Part shown: positions 18,229 to 27,908 of the stretch, piece by piece | How positions within the stretch are numbered: the first letter of the stretch is position 1 | Layout of the letters: the number at the start of each line of letters is the position of its first letter | NCBI GenBank assembly: GCA_965222375.1 | Contig: CBDCTZ010000014.1 | Location: 864,001 to 928,000, forward strand | Direction of reading: 5' to 3' | DNA length: 64,000 nucleotides | Source: Polyangiaceae bacterium | GTDB lineage: Bacteria > Myxococcota_A > Polyangia > Polyangiales > Polyangiaceae | Position numbers and translations under genes: made by a program | Notes under the pieces: model-generated | Told to the model about the DNA's origin: nothing | Databases searched by the model: none | What the model saw: only the letters and a program-made list of their open reading frames with translations

Positions 18229-19200
18229 CTAGCGGGTGATGGGTTCGGGGTGGTTGAAGCCCCAGCCGAACTGAAAGTGGGCGTAAAACGCGCCGCCCGA
18301 GGGGCGGTCGAACTTGCGCTCTTCGCCGGCGTCGCAGGGGGGCGGGCTGGAGCTGAAGTCCTCGCAACGGCCGGTGACCTCGCCGCCGAAACCCCGACCG
18401 AATCCGACCTCGAAACCGAAGCGAGCACCGTCGTGGGTTACCCACTCGAAAGGCACGCTCATGCCGAGGAAGGTGCCGTAGGCCGAACGTTCCGTCCGGT
18501 TGACGATGATGCCGGGAGAAAACGCAAAGCTCTGGCGGGACACGACGGCGAAACCAAGGCTGCCACCGTAAACCAGGATCGGAGGGTCCGAGGCCTGTGC
18601 AACGAAACCGTCGGGCAGATCATCGTTGCCAAAAGCTCCCGATTGTTCCGCCAGGTCGTCGTCAGGCTCGCTGGTCAGCATGATGAAGCGCGCTGCGACC
18701 CGTACCCGGCCGCCCAAGTACGCTCCAGCTTGCATCCCGACGTTGAACAGATGGTCGAAGCGTTTGTCCAGAGCGATGCCCGCGACGAGCAGGTCGAGAA
18801 ACGGCGAAGTTTGGGTCGCCGCGTCGTCCGGGTACTTGGGTTTGGGCTCCGGCTGCGGCCCAGGTTGCGGAGGTCCGTAGCCCGGGGGGTGACCTGGACC
18901 TGGCCCGACCGGGTAGGGACCGTAGGCTGGCGGCGCCCCACCGGGAGGATAGGTGTACTGGGGCGGGTAGCCCGGTGGATAGGTGGGCGGTGGTTGAGCA
19001 GGTGGCGGCTGCGGTGCGGGAGCGGGCGCCGCGGCAGGCGGCTGCGCGCCGGGCGCTGGCTCTGCTCCGGGCGGTGGGGGTGGCGTGTCTGTGCCCGAGG
19101 GCGCCGGAGTGGTCGGGGGCAGCTCGCCGGTCTGCGCCCACGCGCTCGGCGCGAACGCGGCGGTCAGAAGGACCAACAATATGGGGCTACTCCAGCGCAT
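18229..19200 (-). CDS. Secreted Pro-rich protein with a C-terminal beta-barrel-like domain
   Basis: Signal peptide ...AWA-Q, PPGYPP repeats, alternating strands ending YAHFQFGWGF. Confidence 0.65.
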   Translation of the reverse strand: MRWSSPILLVLLTAAFAPSAWAQTGELPPTTPAPSGTDTPPPPPGAEPAPGAQPPAAAPAPAPQPPPAQPPPTYPPGYPPQYTYPPGGAPPAYGPYPVGPGPGHPPGYGPPQPGPQPEPKPKYPDDAATQTSPFLDLLVAGIALDKRFDHLFNVGMQAGAYLGGRVRVAARFIMLTSEPDDDLAEQSGAFGNDDLPDGFVAQASDPPILVYGGSLGFAVVSRQSFAFSPGIIVNRTERSAYGTFLGMSVPFEWVTHDGARFGFEVGFGRGFGGEVTGRCEDFSSSPPPCDAGEERKFDRPSGGAFYAHFQFGWGFNHPEPITR

Positions 19201-19260
19201 GCATGCACTCCAGCGGTCAGCTCGTGTTCTACCGTCGGGTCGATTACCATGGGGGCTGTG

Positions 19261-20019
19261 ATGTGGGAACGGCTGAGCGGTATCACCCTCGCGCTGTGCT
19301 TGATCAGCGGCTCTGCCGCCGCACAAGCGGACCCGGACACGTTGGCACGCCGGCATTTCGAGTCCGGCGTCGCCTACCTCGTGGAGAGCGACTACGACAA
19401 CGCCCTCAAGGCGTTCGAGAAAGCCTACGAGCTATCCAAGCGCCCGGACCTGTTGCTCAATATCGCAACGGTACACGAGCGAACCTCCAAGCTCGACTTG
19501 GCGATCGATGCGCTCCAGCGCTACCTGGCAGTCGCGCCGGAAGGTGAGCAGAAGGACACCGTGCGTCTGCGCCTGGCCAACCTGGAGAAGCGAAAGGCCG
19601 AGCAAGATCGTCAGGCGGCCCAGGCGCAAACCACAGTCTCGGGCCCGCGCCGGCCCGGGCCCCTCGACGGCGAGCCTGGAATTGTAGACGTGCGAAAACA
19701 CAACCGCGTGCCTGCCTACATTGCCTTTGGTGCTGGGGGACTAGCCCTGACGGGCGCGATCATCACGGGCATCATGGCCCAGAACGAGCACAGCGAAGTC
19801 GAGGACCGCTGTAGCCCGAATTGCACCCAAGATGACATCAGCAGTGGCAAGCGGTTGGCGCTGGTGAGCACCGTGCTCACCGGGGCTGCGGTGGTCGGCG
19901 CTGGGGTCGGGCTGGTGCTCTGGTTCGGTGATGAGGGCAAACTCACGAGTGCGAAGCTGCGAGTCTCCGGCATGGCGCATCCGCAGGGCGCAGGAGCCCG
20001 CGCTGCGTTCACCTTCTAG
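19261..20019 (+). CDS. Secreted TPR protein with C-terminal hydrophobic segments (myxobacterial type)
   Basis: ARRHFESG...YDNALKAFEKAYEL...LLNIA...AIDALQRYL TPR pattern. Confidence 0.8.
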   Translation: MWERLSGITLALCLISGSAAAQADPDTLARRHFESGVAYLVESDYDNALKAFEKAYELSKRPDLLLNIATVHERTSKLDLAIDALQRYLAVAPEGEQKDTVRLRLANLEKRKAEQDRQAAQAQTTVSGPRRPGPLDGEPGIVDVRKHNRVPAYIAFGAGGLALTGAIITGIMAQNEHSEVEDRCSPNCTQDDISSGKRLALVSTVLTGAAVVGAGVGLVLWFGDEGKLTSAKLRVSGMAHPQGAGARAAFTF

Positions 20020-21703
20020 AGACCCGATCAAATTCTAGCGGCGGCGTCGAAATACAAAGCAAGTTCGATCGCTTAGAAGCCAGGATCGACGCGCCGGGCG
20101 TGTAGTGATCAAACGGGGTCAGGAGGACCCCATGGAGATCTGGAAGGCGCCGGTCGAGCTGTCGCGTGGTGAGAAGTTCATCGCAAAGCGATGTGCGAAA
20201 CGCAGAGTATTCGTATTCCTGCGCGAGCTGCGACATAGGATTTTTGACGAAGAGATGCAGGCGAAGCTGACGGAGGCATATTCGCCCGTGGAGCGGGGGC
20301 GTGGTCGCGTCCCGCCTGCTCAACTCGGCCTTGCGATGTTGCTGCAGGCCGCGCTGCGTGTGCCCGACCACGAGGTGGTTGAGCTTACGTTGATGGATCG
20401 CCGCTGGCAAATGGTGCTCAACTGTGCGGGAATCGAAGTGCCGCTCTTCTCGCAAGGCACGTTTTACAACTTTCGCCAGCGCGTCATTGCGCATGGGCTC
20501 GACGAGCTGCTCTTCAACAAGACGGTCGAACTCGCACGCGAGACGGGCGGATTCAGTGCAACGCACCTGCGTGCTGCATTCGACGCCAGCCCACTATGGG
20601 GCGCGGGTCGCGTCGAGGACACCTTCAATCTCATCGGGCGCGCCTCGCTACACGTCGTTCGCACGGCAGCGCGGCGGCTCGGTCAACCCGTCGACAAGGT
20701 CGCGGCTGCTGCGGGGATCCCAGTACTCAACGCCACCAGCATCAAGACAGGGCTCGACATCGACTGGGACGACCCTGGGGCGCGCACCAAGGCGCTCGGT
20801 CGACTGCTCAAGCAGGTACAGTCACTCGGCCGCTTTCTCGAAAAAGAGCTGACGAAACCGCTGAAAGAAGCGCCGCTGGCCGGGCAGTGGGCACTGGTGG
20901 AAAAGCTCGTCTCGCAGGACACCGAGCCCGATCCAGACGGGGACGGAGGGAGCCGGATCACACGCGGCGTGGCGAAGGACCGACGCATTAGCGTGAGTGA
21001 CCCCGACATGCGTCATGGCCGCAAGAGCAAGAAGAAACGCATCGACGGCTACAAGCGACACATCGCGATACAGCTCGATACGCCCGGCATCATCTGCGCC
21101 GTCGCGATCACCCCCGCGAATCGTCCTGAACGTGTCGCTTCGGCAGAATTACTCGAACAGTGCGGCTCCGTTTCAGAACTCTACATCGATCGAGGCTACC
21201 TTGGCGACGATGCGATCGAATCCCGTCGCGCCGAAGGAACAGAGGTTTTCTGCAAACCGTTTCCGTTGCGCAACGGCGGGCGCTTCACCAAGGCCGATTT
21301 CAAGCTCGATCTGGCTGCGGGAATCGCCCGTTGTCCCGAAGGCGTTGCGGTTAAAGCGAGCGCTGGCTCCGTCGCTCGCTTCCCAGCTGCCCGCTGCGAT
21401 GTATGTCGCAGCCGCGACGACTGCACGCGCGCCGCCCCGGGGCGTGGCCGCAGCGTCACGCTACACCCCCATGAGCCCTTCCACATCCAGCTGCGCGAAA
21501 ACGCCCGCACGCGCGAAGGCCGCGCCCGCCTTCGCAAGCGTACTGCCGTCGAACACAGCCTCGCGACCCTGCATAACCGCCAAGGCGACCGTGCTCGCTA
21601 CCGTGGTCAGCGCAACAACCTCTTCGACCTCCGCCGGCACGCTGCTCTCAGCAACCTGAGCGTTATCGATCAGTTGCGAGTTGCCGCTTAAGTGGTCAGG
21701 CCC
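20020..21703 (+). mobile_element. IS1182-like insertion sequence with CTAG target duplication
   Basis: CTAG at 20016-20019 and 21704-21707; imperfect terminal inverted repeats AGACCCGATCAAATT / reverse complement GGGCCTGACCACTTA; encloses the transposase. Confidence 0.75.
20132..21691 (+). CDS. IS1182-family DDE transposase
   Basis: AGGAGG RBS; DUF772-like N-terminus, FDASP, DPDMRHGRKS...GYKRH, YIDRGY, CPEG...C..C...C, R..VEHS. Confidence 0.9.
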   Translation: MEIWKAPVELSRGEKFIAKRCAKRRVFVFLRELRHRIFDEEMQAKLTEAYSPVERGRGRVPPAQLGLAMLLQAALRVPDHEVVELTLMDRRWQMVLNCAGIEVPLFSQGTFYNFRQRVIAHGLDELLFNKTVELARETGGFSATHLRAAFDASPLWGAGRVEDTFNLIGRASLHVVRTAARRLGQPVDKVAAAAGIPVLNATSIKTGLDIDWDDPGARTKALGRLLKQVQSLGRFLEKELTKPLKEAPLAGQWALVEKLVSQDTEPDPDGDGGSRITRGVAKDRRISVSDPDMRHGRKSKKKRIDGYKRHIAIQLDTPGIICAVAITPANRPERVASAELLEQCGSVSELYIDRGYLGDDAIESRRAEGTEVFCKPFPLRNGGRFTKADFKLDLAAGIARCPEGVAVKASAGSVARFPAARCDVCRSRDDCTRAAPGRGRSVTLHPHEPFHIQLRENARTREGRARLRKRTAVEHSLATLHNRQGDRARYRGQRNNLFDLRRHAALSNLSVIDQLRVAA

Positions 21704-21727
21704 CTAGGTGCCCTCAGGCCTGACGGG

Positions 21728-23764
21728 CTAGGCCCGCCGCTCTTCGAATTTGGCGATCAGGTCGTGGGCGATCCGCGCGGGCACGGCGTCGTAGTGGCTG
21801 AGCTCCATGCTGTAGCTTCCACGCCCCTTGGTCATGCTCTTTAGCGCTGGTTCGTAGTCCATCATGTCGGATAGGGGGACCGACGCTTTCACCACGGACC
21901 TGCCACTGCCCATCATGTCGGTACCGACGACCTTGCCCCGGCGGCTCGATAGATCCCCGGTTATCGCACCGACATTTTCTCCTGGCGCGCTCACCTCGAC
22001 ATTGACGACGGGTTCGAGAACCTGTGGATTAGCCTTGAGAAAGGCGTCCTTGAACGCAAACTTGCCAGCGGTTTTGAAGGCGATTTCCTTGCTGTCCACG
22101 GAGTGGGTCTTGCCGTCGAAGACCGTCACGCGCACGTCCTCGATGGGGTAACCGGCGACGATGCCTTGACGCATGATCTCGCGAATCCCCTTTTCGATGG
22201 CGGGCATGAAGCCCTTGGGAATGACTCCGCCGACGATCTTGTCGATGAACTCGAAACCACCCCCGCGTTCGAGGGGCTCGACACGAAGCTTCACTTCGCC
22301 GAACTGGCCAGCGCCACCGCTCTGTTTCTTGTGTCGATAGTGGCCCTCGGCGTTGCCCAAGATCGTTTCGTGGTAGGCGATCTTGGGCGGCTTGGTCTCG
22401 ACTTCGACGCCCTGGTTCTTGATCCGCTCGATCACCAGGCTTAGGTGCAACTCGCCCAGCCCATAGACGACCAGCTCGTGGGTTTCCGGGTCGAAGTGGG
22501 CGTCGAAGGTCGGGTCCTCTTCCTGGATGCGACCCAGGACCGCGGCAATCTTGTCTTCGTCGCCGCGAGTCTTGGGTACGACGGCAAGGGCATGCAAAGG
22601 CTTGGGGTAGGGCAAGGGCTTGTGGTGTACGTGGTCTAGTGCGTGGTCGTCGTGTAGGACATCGCTCAAGTGGAGGTCTTCGACTTTCGCGATCGCACCC
22701 ATGTCGCCGGCTACAATCTGCTTAACTGCGGCTCGCTGCTTGCCTTGCATCTGGTAGACGTGAGTCAAGCGCAGGGGCTTCTTACCGTCACCGATGAAGA
22801 GCTGGTCGCCGGCCTTCAACGTGCCCTGGTAGACCCGGAACATGCAGAGCTTGCCCAAGTATGGATCTGTCGTGACGTGAAAGACGCGGGCAAGGAGGGG
22901 CTCGCTCGCGTCGTCGGAATAGACGAAGGGCTTTTCGTCCTCGCCCGAGCCGATGAAGAACGGGCGTGGATTCCCTTCTGGAGGGCTCGGAAAGTGCCGC
23001 ACCATGGTGTCGAGCAGAGCTTTCACCCCCGCGCCACTCAAGGCGTCCGTGAAACAGATCGGGATGACGTGGGCTTGATCCATTGCGCGTTCGAAGGGCT
23101 CATGAAGCGCTTCGTAGTTTGGCTCTTCCCCCTCGAGGTAGCGCTCCATGAGGGCGTCGTCGATCTCGACAATTTGATCGAGCAACTTCGTATGGAAGCC
23201 AGCTACGGGTCCCAGATCACTTTCGCCCTTGCCGTTCAGGAGGCAGTCGACGACCTTCGTGCTGCCATCTGCCGGCAGATTGATTGGCAAGCAACCGCTG
23301 CCAAAAGCGTCCGTGAGTTCGGCTAGAAACGGTTCCAGCTGCTCGGTGGCATCTCCGATGTGACTGACCACGATGGCAATGGGCAGATCGAGGCTCTTGG
23401 CCAGCTTGACCAAGCGACGGCTCAGACTATCGATGCCAGCCTCTGGGTCCATGACCAGCAACATCGTCTCCGCCGCGGGTAGGCACGCGATCGCTTGCCC
23501 GATGAAATCTGACGCTCCCGGTAGGTCTAGGAAGTTGATCCGCTTGCCCCGGTGGGTGGCGTGCAAGAGCGTGGAGTAGACGGAATAGTGGTGGGCCTGC
23601 TCCTCTTTCTCGAAGTCGCTAGCCGAGGTTCCGGCGTCGACGGCCCCCTGGCGGCTGACCTCTCCAGCGTGGAACAGAAGCGCGTCGGCGAGGGTGGTTT
23701 TTCCGCTAGAACGCGCGCCAGCTAGCAGTACGTTGTGGATATCCCCGGTGCCAAAGTCAGCCAT
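21728..23764 (-). CDS. Elongation factor G paralog (EF-G2/FusA-like)
   Basis: Full EF-G architecture (HKKQSGGAGQFG, DGKTHSVDSKEIAF, LEPV); G motifs divergent; not in an str operon. Confidence 0.9.
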   Translation of the reverse strand: MADFGTGDIHNVLLAGARSSGKTTLADALLFHAGEVSRQGAVDAGTSASDFEKEEQAHHYSVYSTLLHATHRGKRINFLDLPGASDFIGQAIACLPAAETMLLVMDPEAGIDSLSRRLVKLAKSLDLPIAIVVSHIGDATEQLEPFLAELTDAFGSGCLPINLPADGSTKVVDCLLNGKGESDLGPVAGFHTKLLDQIVEIDDALMERYLEGEEPNYEALHEPFERAMDQAHVIPICFTDALSGAGVKALLDTMVRHFPSPPEGNPRPFFIGSGEDEKPFVYSDDASEPLLARVFHVTTDPYLGKLCMFRVYQGTLKAGDQLFIGDGKKPLRLTHVYQMQGKQRAAVKQIVAGDMGAIAKVEDLHLSDVLHDDHALDHVHHKPLPYPKPLHALAVVPKTRGDEDKIAAVLGRIQEEDPTFDAHFDPETHELVVYGLGELHLSLVIERIKNQGVEVETKPPKIAYHETILGNAEGHYRHKKQSGGAGQFGEVKLRVEPLERGGGFEFIDKIVGGVIPKGFMPAIEKGIREIMRQGIVAGYPIEDVRVTVFDGKTHSVDSKEIAFKTAGKFAFKDAFLKANPQVLEPVVNVEVSAPGENVGAITGDLSSRRGKVVGTDMMGSGRSVVKASVPLSDMMDYEPALKSMTKGRGSYSMELSHYDAVPARIAHDLIAKFEERRA

Positions 23765-23933
23765 GCCCGCATATGAAGCAAATGTTGGGCACGCCCGCAA
23801 GCGGACCCAGGTGACTAGCTGACATGTCGCAGCTAGACCGACGCCGGATCCTTGCCTCGGCGCTGAGAACGGCGCCCGGATGGGGAGGCACCGTGTGACG
23901 CAGGGGGTACAGGCGACGGGAGGCAGCGTGCGC

Positions 23934-26429
23934 TCAGTTTGCGCTCAAAGTGAGTCGCTTCGCATCTGGCGGAGCGTGAATCACCGTGAGGGGCCGGGGA
24001 GCCGAGACGAAGGCGTGAGTTCCCGGAGTTGCGCTTACCGCGGCCGCGTCGGCTACTTTTTTCGACGGCACATCATCGATGCTCACTGCGCCAGGTGCCG
24101 CACTGCCGAAGACTTCGACGATGAAGCCTTGGCGAAACACGCTACCAGCGTCGAGTTTGACTTGGTGGGAACCGCCCGCAGTGGATTGAGTGATTCGCGT
24201 GCCGTCGTACACCGCGAACTCCGAGTCCTCACCGGGTGCGATACGAACGGTGAGTTTTCCCGGGTCCGTCGCGAAAGAGTCGACTCGCGTGGGCTCCTCG
24301 GTCGGACTGATCGTATCGATGCTCGGTCGAAGCATGACCACGATGCCGCCAGCGCGTAGATAGAGGGGCAGGGTGTCCAGGGGCGCGTCCACGGAAACGT
24401 TGGCTGGCCCCGTGATCACGCTGCTATCCCACCAGGAGTGAAAGTCGCCTTCGGGGACCTCGATGCTCCGGCTGCGCGCACCTCGCTGAACTACCGGGGC
24501 GACCAAGAGATGGTCGCCTAGCAGGTAGTCGTAGTTGGGGTGTGCCGAGTTCTCGGGATGCGCCAGCCCCATGGCGCGTTGAATCGGACGCCCATCTTCG
24601 GCCAGGCGCTTCGCGTAGCTCCAGATATAGGGAAACAAACGCAGATGCAGCCGCGTGTACCGACGATAGAGATCCAGCACTTCGGCGTCGAAGCCGTTTT
24701 CGGCAGTTGGCTCCCAGGCAACGTCGTTCGAGCTGGTGCCCACTTGCATGACCGTGCTCAGGGCAGTCTGCTGGAACCAACGGATGAAGACTTCCTTGTC
24801 CGGCGGAGAGTGCCGGTAGCCACCCGTGTCGGCGCCGTAGAAGGGAAAGCCCGAGGGTCCCAGGCTGAGCCCGGCGATGAGGGAGGCTGGAAGCCCGCCG
24901 ACGGCTTTGTAGGATTTGCCGTCTTTGTCTTTTCTGAGCTCGCCGTGGAGCGAAAAGTCGGCATCCAGATCTCCGGGCCAGACCACGCTGACGTTCTTCT
25001 GGTCGCCATAGGTGCCCGCGCGGCAGAGCAAGAAGTGGTCCTCGTCCTTCAACAGCTCCGCGTAGGTGGAGTGGTAGTAGAGCTGGTAACGAGAGTGCAT
25101 CGTGCGGTCCGTGCTGCCATCCGAAAACTCCCAGCCCGTCCCCGCGCTGAAGGCGTTTGGCACGATGTCTTCGCCGTAGTCGAGTTTGAACCCCGCAACG
25201 CCGCGATCCACGTATTTCTTGATTTGGGTCTGCCACCACGCCTTGGCTGCGTCGTTGGTCAAGTCGATGGGTTTGCCCCATTTGTTGAACAGCACACCGG
25301 ACTTTGGTGGGAAGAAGCCGCCGGCGGTCGCTTCTGCGCGTAGGCTTTCGGTGGCCGGGTCCTTTTCGTCCAAATAGGGCGTGTGCCAGAGCGCTGTGCG
25401 GAACCCCAATCGCTTCATCTTGGCAAGCATCGCGTCGGAGTCAGGGAACTGGCTCGCCTTGAAGTCGAAGGTATTGACCGCCGTGGCGTAGGGGCGGTCG
25501 ATCCAGTACGCAGTCGTGGCCAGGTCCAGATCCCGAATTGCGTCCAGATCGGCTTCCACTTGCGCCTGGTCGTCGTTTTCATCGCGCCAGACCCAGGGGC
25601 CGAGGGCCCAGGGGCCGGGCAGGCGCGGGTTGCCCGTGACTTCGTAGTAGCGCTTGGTGACATCCAGGGGGTGCGCAGCCGTAAGAAGGTGCACGTCCAA
25701 GCCCTCCGCGGAGGTGTCTGCGGTACCGAAGATCGCCTCGATCCGGGTGTCCTCGGTTTTCGCGACGTCGAATACGCCCGGGTAGGGGCTTTCTACGAAC
25801 AGTCCCCAACCGCGCGTACCGATCAGTAGCGGGATCGGCACGTGGGCCTCGTTATAGCTGCTCTCCAGATCCGCGAGCTCCAATTGCATGGCCCGGAGCT
25901 TTCCGCGATTGTTGACGTCATCGAAGAGCTCGCCCATTCCGTACAAGCCCTCGGAGGGGTCGATGTCGGCGCCAACGCCCAGGAACACGATCGTACGCGG
26001 GCTGTCCTCGGGGCTGAACTTGGCGGAGAAGCGTTCGCTGCCGCCGCTGTGGATCACGAAGCGCGATGTCAGCCCACCCTCGTGGCGGATCGACACTTCG
26101 ATGCTCTCCTTGTTGGAGTGGGTGAGCTTGGCGCTCTGGCCGCGATGCCAGGTCAGCCCCGCCGGGGGAGCGTTGCCCGGGGCCTCCGCGAGAATCGGAT
26201 ACGGGTCGTAGCTCCGAGTGGCGTCCCACTCGTCCACGCTGCCCAAGACGAAGGCGCTGGGCGGGAGCTTCAATAAGTCTTGGCCGGCCCGATGTAGCCG
26301 AACCCCGAAGCTGCCCACGCTAACCGTGGCTTCGCCGCTGTTCAGCTGGGCCGTGGGAGGCTGGTCGGGCTCGCCGTCCCCGCAGCCCCATACAAGAAGG
26401 AGCAACCCCACGCCGGCAACGCGTTTCAC
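23934..26429 (-). CDS. Glycoside hydrolase family 31 lipoprotein (alpha-glucosidase/xylosidase-like)
   Basis: YGMGE, WIDRPY, GFKLDYGE nucleophile, WPGD, GADTGGY, RLFPY, YLLGDHLLVAPV. Confidence 0.92.
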   Translation of the reverse strand: MKRVAGVGLLLLVWGCGDGEPDQPPTAQLNSGEATVSVGSFGVRLHRAGQDLLKLPPSAFVLGSVDEWDATRSYDPYPILAEAPGNAPPAGLTWHRGQSAKLTHSNKESIEVSIRHEGGLTSRFVIHSGGSERFSAKFSPEDSPRTIVFLGVGADIDPSEGLYGMGELFDDVNNRGKLRAMQLELADLESSYNEAHVPIPLLIGTRGWGLFVESPYPGVFDVAKTEDTRIEAIFGTADTSAEGLDVHLLTAAHPLDVTKRYYEVTGNPRLPGPWALGPWVWRDENDDQAQVEADLDAIRDLDLATTAYWIDRPYATAVNTFDFKASQFPDSDAMLAKMKRLGFRTALWHTPYLDEKDPATESLRAEATAGGFFPPKSGVLFNKWGKPIDLTNDAAKAWWQTQIKKYVDRGVAGFKLDYGEDIVPNAFSAGTGWEFSDGSTDRTMHSRYQLYYHSTYAELLKDEDHFLLCRAGTYGDQKNVSVVWPGDLDADFSLHGELRKDKDGKSYKAVGGLPASLIAGLSLGPSGFPFYGADTGGYRHSPPDKEVFIRWFQQTALSTVMQVGTSSNDVAWEPTAENGFDAEVLDLYRRYTRLHLRLFPYIWSYAKRLAEDGRPIQRAMGLAHPENSAHPNYDYLLGDHLLVAPVVQRGARSRSIEVPEGDFHSWWDSSVITGPANVSVDAPLDTLPLYLRAGGIVVMLRPSIDTISPTEEPTRVDSFATDPGKLTVRIAPGEDSEFAVYDGTRITQSTAGGSHQVKLDAGSVFRQGFIVEVFGSAAPGAVSIDDVPSKKVADAAAVSATPGTHAFVSAPRPLTVIHAPPDAKRLTLSAN

Positions 26430-26459
26430 GGCGCGAAGTATACGGCGGTCAGCCAGGTC

Positions 26460-27908
26460 ATGCCGCTTGGTTATTTAAGCGTGCCGCGCCAGGCTACAGG
26501 GCCTCTCACAAACTGGCCCTTCCGAGTCCACACCAGGGACAATTTCGCCACGCACAACGTGTTTTATCCCTTCACGGCCTGTCCCGGGCCTCGCGTCCGG
26601 GCACTGGAGCGAGCGTGGACTCTGCTCGCATGCGGGATCAGTTTGTCCTTCATCTGGGCTGGGTGTCGCGTCCGCAAGGACGTGCCCGAGGGGCCGAGCG
26701 CTGAAGTCGTCGTGGCCCCAGTGGCCAGCTACGTGAAGCAGGTCGAGGGGTTGGCATCTCGGGACGCGGGCAGCGATGCCCACTTGATCCTCGATGGCGG
26801 CGTTCCACCCAAGGGGTCCTTCGCCGTGGTGTTCGGCGGTTTGGAGTCGTCGCCGGAGCGACCCGGCCCCGAGCGCACGGCCGCGAAGGTAGCGCTGGCG
26901 GCGCTGGCCCTTGGCAAGCCGCCCATCGACGCCGTCGTGGAGGCGGTCGCCGTGCTGGAAGACCACCCGGACCGTAACGCCGGGGTTGGCTCGTCCTTGC
27001 GAATCGACGGCAAGAGCGTCGAGATGGATGCTGCGGTGATGGCACAAGACGGCCGCTTCGGCGCGGTCGGTGCGCTGTCCCGGGTGAAGAATCCAGTTCG
27101 GGTTGCCCGGGGCGTTTTCGACACTCCCCAACGCGTGCTGACCGGACTTGGTGCGCAGCAGTTCGCACGCACTCTTGGCTTTCGTGACTTCGACCCCGTC
27201 ACGCGAGAGTCCAAGGCGTCCTACCGCACGCTGCTCCGCGCGGAACTTGCGCGGGACGGCGGCGACGCGTCGCTTCTGCCCCGGGGCTGGCAGCTATGGG
27301 TGGATGCATCGGCACTCATGCCTGAGGCGGGGGCCCTGACCGCGGAGGCCGACGCGGGCGGAGCGACGGATGCCGGAGGAGCAGGCGACGTTGCAGTGGA
27401 AGCAGCGCCTGCTCCCAAGCCCGCACCACCCGCAGCTCCAAGGTCGCGACCGCCCGCTCCGCCGCTCGTGGAGACGCCTCCGGCGCTGCCCCCACCTTCG
27501 AGCACCGCCCACGACACAGTGGCCGCGCTGATCCGATCCCCCGACGGGGGATTCGCAGGTGGCGTCAGCTCCGGCGGGCCGCCCCTGACCCTGCCGGGTC
27601 GCGTCGGCGACGTACCCACGCCGGGCGCAGCCCTTTGGGTTGGCAAGCGTGGCGCGGTTGCCGTCACGGGACCCGGGGAGCTCATTATCGACCGTGGGCT
27701 GGCTCGGGCGGTTTACGACAAGTTGGTTGCCCTACGTTCGCCCAAGCTAGCCGCGTCTTGGGGCTTGAAGCAGATGCCAACCGGCATCGCGGTCAGCGTG
27801 GTGGTGCTCGATGACAAGAGCTTCGCTGTTGCACCCCCGGATGCGATGGCCTGGGTGGGCTCTAGCGGCGACAAGCTGAGCGAAAGCGCGACGGAGGCGA
27901 AGCCGTGA
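26460..27908 (+). CDS. Isoaspartyl peptidase/L-asparaginase (Ntn-hydrolase) family protein with N-terminal export signal; true start probably ~26600
   Basis: LEDHP..NAGVGS, EMDAAVM, VKNPV.VAR, HDTV nucleophile, GRVGD.P.PGA, TG.GE. Confidence 0.82.
   Translation: MPLGYLSVPRQATGPLTNWPFRVHTRDNFATHNVFYPFTACPGPRVRALERAWTLLACGISLSFIWAGCRVRKDVPEGPSAEVVVAPVASYVKQVEGLASRDAGSDAHLILDGGVPPKGSFAVVFGGLESSPERPGPERTAAKVALAALALGKPPIDAVVEAVAVLEDHPDRNAGVGSSLRIDGKSVEMDAAVMAQDGRFGAVGALSRVKNPVRVARGVFDTPQRVLTGLGAQQFARTLGFRDFDPVTRESKASYRTLLRAELARDGGDASLLPRGWQLWVDASALMPEAGALTAEADAGGATDAGGAGDVAVEAAPAPKPAPPAAPRSRPPAPPLVETPPALPPPSSTAHDTVAALIRSPDGGFAGGVSSGGPPLTLPGRVGDVPTPGAALWVGKRGAVAVTGPGELIIDRGLARAVYDKLVALRSPKLAASWGLKQMPTGIAVSVVVLDDKSFAVAPPDAMAWVGSSGDKLSESATEAKP

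Noticed and set aside
18250..19260. Long N-terminal part of the 589-aa ORF
   Set aside because: Antisense shadow of the Pro-rich gene; the real TPR protein starts near 19261 with a signal peptide
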